A stretch of DNA of 32,000 bases from Oceanicella sp. SM1341 (GTDB lineage: Bacteria; Pseudomonadota; Alphaproteobacteria; Rhodobacterales; Rhodobacteraceae): positions 6,991 through 38,990 of the forward strand of contig NZ_QRGC01000030.1 of NCBI RefSeq assembly GCF_003448965.1, written 5' to 3'. The notes under the pieces were generated by a model that worked only from the letters and a program-made list of their open reading frames with translations, was not told where the DNA came from and searched no databases. Each line of letters begins with the position of its first letter. The stretch's first letter is position 1. Positions 9,300 through 17,228 of the stretch are shown here, one piece after another. Both the position numbers and the translations under genes were made by a program.

Positions 9300-10826
9300 T
9301 CAAACGCGTCTGAGGCGCGCGAACGCAGTCCAGAAGTCAAGCAGGGTTTCCCGATGCCTGTTTTCCCATCTTGCGTTCCATCCGTTCGGTTTCTCGATTC
9401 GCTGTTCCGGGTAACGCATGGTTCCTCCGTCAGTGAAGAACCGCAGGCGTCTGGACCCTTCGGTCCATTGCCGTCGTTTTCCGGGGGCGCTGAGATGATA
9501 GCGGCGCCGCAGGGTCGGCCAACCCGCATTGCCGTGCTTCATCTTCAACCAGCGCCCGACGCGCTGCCATATCCAGAAGTCGAGATGGCTGAACCGACCG
9601 TGCGCGCCTGTGGCGTAACGGTAATAGTTCCTCCACCCCGTGATGACCGGATTGAGCCTGTCGATGACGTAGGCAAGGTCGCGTCCCGTGGGGATGCCCC
9701 TCACCATGACCTTGATCTTGTGGCGCAGGTCGTTCAGCTTTCCCTTCGGGATGAAGAGATTGCCGACCCATCGGCCTGTCCGACAGGCTCTGGTCTGCGC
9801 CACCCGGTAGCCGAGGAAGTCGAAGCCTTCCCTGACATCGGTGATCCGGGTCTTTTCCATCGACAGTTCCATGCGAAGCTCCGTCTTCAGGAACTCCGCC
9901 AGCGCGAGCTTTTCCGCTTCCGCCTGCTCCCGCGTGCCATCCACGAGAACGACGAAGTCGTCCGCGTATCGCACCATGTAGAGCACCGGCCGACCCCTCT
10001 TGTGGTCTCTGACCCTTCGGGCCGCCGGATTGATGCTCGGTTCGCGGGGGCGGCCTGTCCACCATCCATACCGCTCGTCGATGGCTGTCAGGTAGATGTT
10101 CGACAGCATCGGCGAGATGATCCCGCCTTGCGGCGAGCCGGTGACGGGGTGGCGTTCGGTCCCTTCGACCATCACACCGGCTTTCAGGAACGAGAGGATC
10201 AGCGCCAGCACCTTGCGGTCGCCGATGCGTTTCCGGACCCGCTCCATCATGACGTGATGATCGATGGCGTCGAAGCAGCCCTTGATGTCTCCCTCTATGA
10301 CATAGCGATAGACCGAGGGTCCGCGCTTTGTCGGGTGAAGGAACCTCTGGATTCTTGCCAGAGCATCGTGGGTGCTTCGACCGCGCCGGAACCCGTAGGA
10401 GGTCGGATAGAAGTCCGCCTCGAAGATAGGCTCCAGGACCAGCTTCAAAGCCATCTGCACCAGACGATCGACCAACGTTGGAATGCCGAGTGGCCGGAAC
10501 TGCCCCGGTTTGCCGGGCTTTGGGATAAGCCGCTGCCTGACCGGTTGGGGACGATAGGTTCCGTTGCGAAGCACCTCGCGTATCTCATCGAGGAACCCTG
10601 CTGCGCCACCGGGACGCTGTTCGACCATGCGCCGCGTCACCCCGTCGGTGCCGGGTGTCTGGCTGCCCCGATTACCGGACAGCCTTCGCCACGCCTCCTC
10701 AAGGAATCGGCGGTCGCATACGAGATTGAACAGACCAGCGAAGACCTTGTCGGGGTCTTCGTTGCTCCACCGATACAGCTTGCGCTGCATGTCGAGGACG
10801 AACAAGATATTCATCTCGTTGGACAT
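9300..10826 (-). CDS. Group II intron reverse transcriptase/maturase (no En domain)
   Basis: 508 aa from the ATG at 10826, preceded by AGGAGG with a 7 nt spacer. RT motifs present: IPKPGKPGQFRPLGIPTLVDRLVQ, DIKGCFD, GSPQGGIISPMLSNIYL, RYADDFVVL. The maturase X motif is ITGWRNYYRYA. The C-terminal ~90 aa contain no Cys and no HNH signature. Confidence 0.93.
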   Translation of the reverse strand: MSNEMNILFVLDMQRKLYRWSNEDPDKVFAGLFNLVCDRRFLEEAWRRLSGNRGSQTPGTDGVTRRMVEQRPGGAAGFLDEIREVLRNGTYRPQPVRQRLIPKPGKPGQFRPLGIPTLVDRLVQMALKLVLEPIFEADFYPTSYGFRRGRSTHDALARIQRFLHPTKRGPSVYRYVIEGDIKGCFDAIDHHVMMERVRKRIGDRKVLALILSFLKAGVMVEGTERHPVTGSPQGGIISPMLSNIYLTAIDERYGWWTGRPREPSINPAARRVRDHKRGRPVLYMVRYADDFVVLVDGTREQAEAEKLALAEFLKTELRMELSMEKTRITDVREGFDFLGYRVAQTRACRTGRWVGNLFIPKGKLNDLRHKIKVMVRGIPTGRDLAYVIDRLNPVITGWRNYYRYATGAHGRFSHLDFWIWQRVGRWLKMKHGNAGWPTLRRRYHLSAPGKRRQWTEGSRRLRFFTDGGTMRYPEQRIEKPNGWNARWENRHRETLLDFWTAFARLRRV

Positions 10827-11464
10827 GGGTCCACCTCCTGCCTGCTCGCTGTATCCACTGCCTTCCTTCGCCATGTGGACGGCTTTCCCGTCCCCGGACT
10901 ACTACGAAGGCTCCGCCCCTCACCATCGCGGTCGCTGGTCGCTTCAGCCATCCGGGGTCCGACTGTTCCGGAAGCGACGGCAAGGTTCTTAGGTTCCGTA
11001 ACTGATCTCTCGCCTGCTTTAGGCGCCGACTTTACCCCGTGTGGATTCCGACCCCGATACCGCGCAAGCTCATATCGAGGCTGGCGCACGGCACGCCGCA
11101 CACCCCCAGCCCATGTGTCCATAGCACGGGCCAACGCTCCACAAATCTGCGGTTCGCACCACAGACCGACCCGCCGACTTCCGAGTTGGCGTGTCTCCGC
11201 GCGTAACGAGGCGTCCGCCATCGGTTCGGTTTCCCTCGCCATGGCAGGCTCGCTGGCCGGACCACGTACGGGATCGGAAGTCCCCGCCCGTCCGGCTTTG
11301 ATGGGTTCTGCTGATTTATGGCTCCCCGGAAGCACCCGGTTTGCCTCACCCATCGGCTTGTCACCGCATGTTGCGCCACACGGTGCGCGGGGCCTTTCAT
11401 CCCGCGAGATCAGAAACGACAATAAAATCAAAGCACTCCTTTCTTTGATCAGGACCTAACGCAC

Positions 11465-12796
11465 ATGGGCAACACCGGCGTCATCGATCACTTCCTCGAT
11501 GTCTTTACCCGCTACATCGACGGCGGCTTCGGTCTGCTTGGCGGCGAGGTCGGTTTCATCGCCACCACGCTGATCGTCATCGACGTGACGCTGGCCGCGC
11601 TCTTCTGGTCCTGGGGCGCCGACGACGACATCATGGCGCGGCTCGTCAAGAAGACGCTTTTCGTCGGTGTTTTCGCCTACATCATCTCCAACTGGAACAA
11701 TCTGGCCCGGATCGTTTTCGAAAGCTTCGCGGGGCTCGGCCTGAAGGCGTCCGGCACGGGCTTTACCACGGCCCAGCTTCTCCAGCCCGGCAAGGTCGCC
11801 CAGACCGGCCTTGATGCGGGGAGGCCGCTGCTCGATTCCATCTCGAACCTGATGGGCTATTGGTCCTTCTTCGAGAATTTCATCCAGATCGCCTGCATGT
11901 TCTTCGCCTGGGCGCTGGTGCTCTTGGCCTTCTTCATCCTCGCCATCCAGCTCTTCGTCACGCTGATCGAGTTCAAGCTGACGACGCTCGCCGGCTTCGT
12001 GCTGATCCCCTTCGGTCTCTTCGGCAAGTCCGCCTTCATGGCCGAGCGGGTGCTCGGTAACGTCATCTCCTCGGGCATCAAGGTTCTGGTGCTCGCCGTT
12101 ATCATCGGTATCGGCTCGACACTCTTTTCCGAATTCGCCGCAGGGTTTGGCGGCGCGACACCGACCATCGACGATGCGATGGCGATCGTGCTGGCAGCCC
12201 TTTCACTGCTTGGCCTCGGCATTTTCGGCCCCGGTATCGCAACGGGGCTCGTCTCCGGCGGTCCCCAGCTTGGCGCCGGATCGGCGATCGGCAGCGGTCT
12301 TGCTGCCGGCGGCATGGTCGTCGCGGGCGGCGCGGCGCTCGGGGCTGCGGCCTCCGGTGGCGCATCTCTCCTTGGCGGAGCGGCGGCAGCCGCCCGTGGT
12401 GGGGCCGCGCTCGCGGGCGGGGCATCCACCGCCTACAGCCTCGGCGCCGCCGGACAGACCGGCGCGTCCGCCGTTGCATCTGGCCTCGGCAATGTCGCCA
12501 GCACCGGCGCATCGCAGGCTGGATCTGCCTTGGTCAGCCCGCTCAGACGCGCCGCGGGATCGATGCGCGGCAGCTTCGAGGCCGGTGGGCGTGCCGTCTC
12601 CGGCGAAGCCGCTGCCGATGAACGTGCATCGGCCGCAGCCGCAGCCTCATCTGCGCCCGACAGCCCGCCTGCCTGGGCAAAGCGCATGAAGCGCTCCCAA
12701 GCCATGTCCCACGGGATGCAGGTCGCAGCCCATTCCGTCCGCAGCGGCGACAGCCACGGCAGCGGCTCTTCCGTCAACACCTCCGAAAGCGACTGA
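11465..12796 (+). CDS. trbL: TrbL (VirB6 family)
   Basis: 443 aa. The N-terminus GVIDHFLDVFTRYIDGGFGLLGGEVGFIATTLIVIDVTLA is typical of TrbL. It has multiple TM segments and a Gly/Ala-rich C-terminal tail. Confidence 0.93.
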   Translation: MGNTGVIDHFLDVFTRYIDGGFGLLGGEVGFIATTLIVIDVTLAALFWSWGADDDIMARLVKKTLFVGVFAYIISNWNNLARIVFESFAGLGLKASGTGFTTAQLLQPGKVAQTGLDAGRPLLDSISNLMGYWSFFENFIQIACMFFAWALVLLAFFILAIQLFVTLIEFKLTTLAGFVLIPFGLFGKSAFMAERVLGNVISSGIKVLVLAVIIGIGSTLFSEFAAGFGGATPTIDDAMAIVLAALSLLGLGIFGPGIATGLVSGGPQLGAGSAIGSGLAAGGMVVAGGAALGAAASGGASLLGGAAAAARGGAALAGGASTAYSLGAAGQTGASAVASGLGNVASTGASQAGSALVSPLRRAAGSMRGSFEAGGRAVSGEAAADERASAAAAASSAPDSPPAWAKRMKRSQAMSHGMQVAAHSVRSGDSHGSGSSVNTSESD

Positions 12797-12798
12797 CC

Positions 12799-13479
12799 AT
12801 GTTCAAGCGATCCGCCACCCACTACGGCAAATCCCCTCAGCCTGAGACACCCTACCAGCGGGCGGCGCAGGTCTGGGACGAACGCATCGGCTCCGCCCGC
12901 GTCCAGGCGAGGAACTGGCGCCTCATGGCTTTCGGCTGCCTCATTCTGTCCGGTGGACTTTCGGGCGCACTGGTCTGGCAATCGCTGAGTGGCTCAATCG
13001 TGCCGTGGGTGGTGCAGGTGGACAAGCTCGGCCAGGCCCAGGCCGTCGCGCCCGCGACCGCCGACTACACACCGAACGACGCCCAGGTCGCCTGGTATCT
13101 CGCCCGCTTCATCGAGGAGGTCCGCTCGATCCCGGCCGATCCGATCATCGTCCGGCAGAACTGGCTTCGGGCCTATGACTTCACCACGACCGCGGGCGCG
13201 CAGGCGCTCAACAACTATGCCCGCGCCAACGATCCCTTCGCCAAGGTGGGCAAGCAGCAAATCGCGGTGGGGGTGTCGTCGGTCATTCGCGCCTCACCGT
13301 CGAGCTTCCGCATCGCCTGGGTCGAGCGCCGCTATCAGGACGGTTCGCTCGCCAGCACCGAGCGCTGGTCGGCGATCCTCACCGTCGCGGTCCAAGCACC
13401 GCGCGATGCCGACACGCTGCGAAAGAACCCGCTCGGAATCTACGTCACCGCAATCAACTGGTCGAAGGAGCTTGGATGA
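12799..13479 (+). CDS. trbF: TrbF (VirB8-like)
   Basis: 226 aa starting 2 nt after the trbL stop. It has a single N-terminal TM (WRLMAFGCLILSGGLSGALVW) and the conserved position. Confidence 0.9.
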   Translation: MFKRSATHYGKSPQPETPYQRAAQVWDERIGSARVQARNWRLMAFGCLILSGGLSGALVWQSLSGSIVPWVVQVDKLGQAQAVAPATADYTPNDAQVAWYLARFIEEVRSIPADPIIVRQNWLRAYDFTTTAGAQALNNYARANDPFAKVGKQQIAVGVSSVIRASPSSFRIAWVERRYQDGSLASTERWSAILTVAVQAPRDADTLRKNPLGIYVTAINWSKELG

Positions 13480-14546
13480 TGACGCCGACCTTCCGCAAAT
13501 CCGCCACCGGAACAGCGGGACGCCCGACTTTCCGTATTCACGCCATTCCGGCTTTCCGCAAATCCGGCTTGCCGGTATTCCTGCTTTGCGCAACCGCGCT
13601 TGCCGGTTGTGCGGCTCATATGCCGCCGCCCGAGATTTCCTATGACCATGCCGCGCCGGCTGTATTCAAAGCCGATCCGCCGGCGCCCGTGCGGGTCGTC
13701 ACCCTGCCTAAGCCCCTGCCTCTTCCGGGCCAGTTGAAGCCGGTCGGCAAGGACGGCAAGGCAACGCCCCAGGCGAAAGACCCCCAGCAGCGGGTCAACA
13801 ACGCCAATGCCGCCGCACGCATCCAGCCCGTGCGAGACGGGTTCATAAATTCCATGCAGGTCTATCCCTTCGTCGAAGGCGCGCTCTATCAGGTCTATGC
13901 GTCACCGGGGCAGATCACCGACATCGGGCTCCAACCCGGCGAACAGCTTGTCGGCTCCGGTCCCGTGGCCGCCGGGGATACGGTGCGCTGGATCATCGGC
14001 GATACCGAGAGCGGCGCGGGCGCGTCGAAACAGGTGCATATCCTCGTCAAGCCGACCCGGCCGGAACTGATGACCAATCTCGTTATCAACACCAATCTGC
14101 GCACCTATCACATGGAACTGCGCTCGACCGAGAAGACCTATATGGCCTCGGTCTCCTGGCAATATCCGCAGGACCAGCTCATTGCGCTGCGCCGCCAGAA
14201 TCGTGAGGCGGAAACCTCACGACCAATTTCCGCCGGCGTCGATCTGTCGAAGGTCAATTTCCGCTATGCGATCACCGGCGACCGCGCCCCGTGGCGGCCG
14301 CTGCGCGCTTTCGACGATGGGCGGCAGGTGTTCATCGAGTTTCCGCGCGGCATTGCCCAGGGCGAAATGCCGCCGCTCTTCGTCGCCGGTCCCGAGGGCA
14401 AGACCTCCGATCTCGTGAACTACCGCGTGCGCGGCAATTACATGATCGTCGACCGGCTCTTCGCGGCCGCCGAGCTGCGCTTCGGTTCGGGCAAGCATCA
14501 GAAGCGCATCCGTATCTCCCGGACGGATGGGAGGCGCGCATCGTGA
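13476..14546 (+). CDS. trbG: TrbG (VirB9 family) with extended repeat-containing N-terminus
   Basis: There is an ATGA overlap with trbF. A lipobox-like LLCATALAGC is followed by a VirB9-like body (YPFVEGALYQVYASPGQITDI, TYHMELRST). About 30 extra N-terminal residues carry three P(T/A)FR(K/I) repeats. Confidence 0.88.
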   Translation: MMTPTFRKSATGTAGRPTFRIHAIPAFRKSGLPVFLLCATALAGCAAHMPPPEISYDHAAPAVFKADPPAPVRVVTLPKPLPLPGQLKPVGKDGKATPQAKDPQQRVNNANAAARIQPVRDGFINSMQVYPFVEGALYQVYASPGQITDIGLQPGEQLVGSGPVAAGDTVRWIIGDTESGAGASKQVHILVKPTRPELMTNLVINTNLRTYHMELRSTEKTYMASVSWQYPQDQLIALRRQNREAETSRPISAGVDLSKVNFRYAITGDRAPWRPLRAFDDGRQVFIEFPRGIAQGEMPPLFVAGPEGKTSDLVNYRVRGNYMIVDRLFAAAELRFGSGKHQKRIRISRTDGRRAS

Positions 14547-15772
14547 GCGAGATCGATCCCGAAAAGGAGGAAAGGGACGAATCCGCGGAGGATAGTGGTC
14601 GGCCGCTTACCGGCGAGCCGCTTACGTCCATGCGGCTTCGACCGGCGCCGCCGCGGGTCACCCGGCTGTCGCGCAAGGTGCTCGCGGGACTCGGCCTCGC
14701 GGCCAGTCTCGGCATCGGCGGTGCGCTGATCTATGCGCTCCAGAACGCGCATCCCGGTAGCCAGGGCAAGGAACTCTATTCCACCGACAATCGCGCCACA
14801 GCGGACGGTCTGGCAGGGTTGCCGAAGAATTATGGCGATGTCCCCAAGCTCGGTCCACCGCTGCCGGGCGATCTCGGCCGTCCGATCCTCAGCGCGCGGA
14901 ATGGCGGACAGTCGGTCCCGGCACCGGCCGTCGCTACGCCTGGGCAGGGCGTCAGCGAGGAAGAACGCCGGCTCCTTCAGGAGATCGAGGCCGCCCGGAC
15001 GGCCAAGCTCTTCGCCCAGACCGATGTGAGGCCCGGCAGCGCCGCGACCGCCACAACCATCGCGCCGGGAAGCATAACGCCGGACCTTACAAGTCTGGGT
15101 CTCGCACCGCAGCCCGCGACGCCTACAGCCCAGGATCGGCAACAGGACTTCCTCGACAAGGCGGCCGACAAGCGCACCGTCTCGCCCGATCGTGTCGCGG
15201 CACCTGCATCGGCGAATATCCTTCAGGCTGGCGCGGTCATCCCGGCGGCCCTCATCACCGGCATCCGCTCCGATCTGCCCGGTCAGATCACCGCGCAGGT
15301 GACAGAGAATGTCTATGACAGCCCCACGGGGCAAATCCTGCTCGTGCCGCAGGGTACGCGCGTCATCGGCCAGTACGACAACGGCGTCGGCTTCGGTCAA
15401 CGCCGCGTGCTTCTGATGTGGACCCGATTGATCTTTCCGAATGGCCGGTCAATCGTGCTGGAACGCCATCCCGGTGCGGACAGCCAGGGCTTTGCCGGTC
15501 TCGAAGACGGTGTCGACTATCATTGGGGGGAGCTCTTCAAAGGCGCGATCCTCTCGACAATCCTGAGCATCGGCGCGGAAGCGGGCTCTTCCAGCGACGA
15601 CAGCACGATCGTCCGGGCTCTCCGTCAGGGCGCCTCCGACAGCATCAGCCAGACCGGCCGTCAGATCGTGCAGCGCCAACTGAATATCGCTCCGACGTTG
15701 ACCATCCGGCCAGGCTTCCCTGTGCGGGTGCTGGTGACGCGCGATCTCGTGCTCGAACCCTATGGAGGCTGA
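14543..15772 (+). CDS. trbI: TrbI (VirB10 family)
   Basis: The GTG start overlaps the trbG stop (GTGA). The sequence has MRLRPAPPRVTRLSRKVLAGLG followed by a TM, a Pro-rich linker and a conserved C-terminal domain (GFGQRRVLLMWTRLIFPNGRSI). The track ORF start at 14291 is an upstream extension inside trbG. Confidence 0.9.
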   Translation: MSEIDPEKEERDESAEDSGRPLTGEPLTSMRLRPAPPRVTRLSRKVLAGLGLAASLGIGGALIYALQNAHPGSQGKELYSTDNRATADGLAGLPKNYGDVPKLGPPLPGDLGRPILSARNGGQSVPAPAVATPGQGVSEEERRLLQEIEAARTAKLFAQTDVRPGSAATATTIAPGSITPDLTSLGLAPQPATPTAQDRQQDFLDKAADKRTVSPDRVAAPASANILQAGAVIPAALITGIRSDLPGQITAQVTENVYDSPTGQILLVPQGTRVIGQYDNGVGFGQRRVLLMWTRLIFPNGRSIVLERHPGADSQGFAGLEDGVDYHWGELFKGAILSTILSIGAEAGSSSDDSTIVRALRQGASDSISQTGRQIVQRQLNIAPTLTIRPGFPVRVLVTRDLVLEPYGG

Positions 15773-15774
15773 CC

Positions 15775-16014
15775 ATGACCAAACTGAAACTTGGGCCACT
15801 CGCCGACGACAAGCCGGTCAAGGTCACACTGGAGCTGCCCGCCAGCCTGCACCGAGACTTGACCGCCTATGCCACAATCCTTGCCCGAGAGGTGGGGCAG
15901 CCCGCCGCCGATCCTACTCGCCTGATCGTCCCCATGCTGGAGCGGTTCATCGCGACGGATCGCGGCTTTGCGAAGGCCCGGCGGACATTGCCGAGAGAAT
16001 CTCCGCCGGGCTAG
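15775..16014 (+). CDS. DUF2274 family protein (conserved last gene of Trb-type transfer modules)
   Basis: 79 aa, MTKLKLGPLADDKPVKVTLELPASLHRDLTAYA..., starting 2 nt after the trbI stop. Both the position and the sequence are characteristic of the family. Confidence 0.8.
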   Translation: MTKLKLGPLADDKPVKVTLELPASLHRDLTAYATILAREVGQPAADPTRLIVPMLERFIATDRGFAKARRTLPRESPPG

Positions 16015-16927
16015 GGTCGCTTGCGCTATGGGATTTTGCCATCTGGCGCGCCATGCTGATCAGACGCCGACTGGCAGGATTGTCATTGTGCGGCGACCAG
16101 ACTGCGCTGAAGGGCAGCACCTCACCCTGGATCGGCCGATAGACGACGCCTGGAAACTGCGCGGCCGTCGTCGCTTCGCTGGTCAAGGTCAAGCCACGAC
16201 CGATCGCGACCAAGGTCATGAGGTTGTCCCTTCCAACACTTTGCGCCTCAATCTCTGGGTGCCGACCAAGCTCGGCGAGCCGCTGCATCAGAAAATCGTG
16301 AATCTCCGGCCCTGGGGCGGAATCGCTAATGATGAAACGCTCTCCTGAGACATCCGTCCACTCGATCTCGTCGAGTTGCGCCAGCGTATGTTGGAGCGGG
16401 AGAACCAGAAAGACGCGCTCGCTCCAGAGGTGCATGGTATCGCAGCCTCTCCAAGCCGCTGTCCCAGTTATGAACGCGACGTCGAGCCGAAGCTGACGCA
16501 CCGCGGCAACATGTTCCGCCGGATTGCCGTTGATCAAATCAATCGAGACACCAGCATGGGCCCGATCATAGGAATTGAGCAACTCGTGAAGAAAGCCGGA
16601 CGCCAGCGATGAAAATATTCCGATCTTGATTTGCCCTTCTTCCGATCTGCCGATGCCTGCAACCTCGTTGGCGCCTTGATGGACGCTTTTCAGAGCCGTT
16701 CGGGCTCGGACCAAAAAGCGCTGTCCAGCCACCGTCAGGAGCACACCAGTGGTCCTGCGTTGGAATAGCGATGCGCCTAGCATGTCTTCGAGATCGCGAA
16801 GACGGCGGCTGACAGCGGACTCCTGCATGCCAAGCGCCTTCGCAGCCTTGCGGAAACTGCCTTGTTCCGCTGCAGCTACGAAATATCGGAGATGCCTAAG
16901 TTCTATGCGGAGATCGCATCTGGCCAT
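15947..16927 (-). CDS. LysR family transcriptional regulator
   Basis: The N-terminal wHTH is LRHLRYFVAAAEQGSFRKAAKALGMQESAVSRRLRDLE, followed by a LysR substrate-binding domain. The last ~22 codons run antisense into the DUF2274 gene. Confidence 0.88.
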   Translation of the reverse strand: MARCDLRIELRHLRYFVAAAEQGSFRKAAKALGMQESAVSRRLRDLEDMLGASLFQRRTTGVLLTVAGQRFLVRARTALKSVHQGANEVAGIGRSEEGQIKIGIFSSLASGFLHELLNSYDRAHAGVSIDLINGNPAEHVAAVRQLRLDVAFITGTAAWRGCDTMHLWSERVFLVLPLQHTLAQLDEIEWTDVSGERFIISDSAPGPEIHDFLMQRLAELGRHPEIEAQSVGRDNLMTLVAIGRGLTLTSEATTAAQFPGVVYRPIQGEVLPFSAVWSPHNDNPASRRLISMARQMAKSHSASDPSPAEILSAMSAGPSQSRDPSR

Positions 16928-17228
16928 GGCGCAGCTCTAAACAAGGCCACTTCGGCAACGCTGAAAACAACATCTGGCCGCTGTGCGAGACCCGCATGAT
17001 CGCAATTGGGTATGAGTGGAATTGGGGCGAACGGTACCGCGGATTCTCCTTCAGCCTTTGCCTTCATTTGAGAGATCCCCAAGTCATTTTGTCGAATAAG
17101 GTGTGCCGTATTTCGCCTGCACACGTAACAGCGGCACCCGAAATGTAACCGAGGACCGGATCGCTGTACGTCTAGCCACACACGGTGCGCCTGTAATTTC
17201 TGCGATGGAGAAGGTGGGTTTCATGCTG

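Larger units (their letters stand above)
9174..11464 (-). mobile_element. Bacterial group II intron (ribozyme plus intron-encoded protein), antisense to the trb operon
   Basis: On the minus strand the 5' end reads GTGCG (11464-11460). Domain V is at 9263-9230. A domain VI-like hairpin has a bulged A 7 nt before a terminal ...TCTCTAC (ending at 9174). The RT/maturase ORF lies in the domain IV position. Boundaries are good to a few nt. Confidence 0.85.

Noticed and set aside
9168-11459. 763-aa plus-strand ORF, considered as a genuine protein-coding gene
   Set aside because: It is entirely antisense to a well-supported group II intron and its RT gene. The product is Arg/Pro/Ala-rich with no recognisable motifs. 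It is kept only as a possible translated spacer (see findings), not as a functional protein.
11395-11464. Outward-facing promoter in the intron 5' end that could drive trbL (TAAAAT at 11423-11428)
   Set aside because: It has only a -10-like hexamer. There is no acceptable -35 or extended -10 at 16-18 nt spacing.
14291-14542. Upstream extensions of track ORFs for trbI (14291), trbE (5548), trbD (4847) and trbJ (7932)
   Set aside because: The extensions overlap the preceding genes in another frame. Conserved N-termini and stop/start overlaps (GTGA, ATGA, TGATG) support the shorter starts.
16903-17181. 92-aa minus-strand ORF in the LysR-SDR intergenic region
   Set aside because: It has no SD and no recognisable motif. 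It is probably non-coding promoter or leader DNA.
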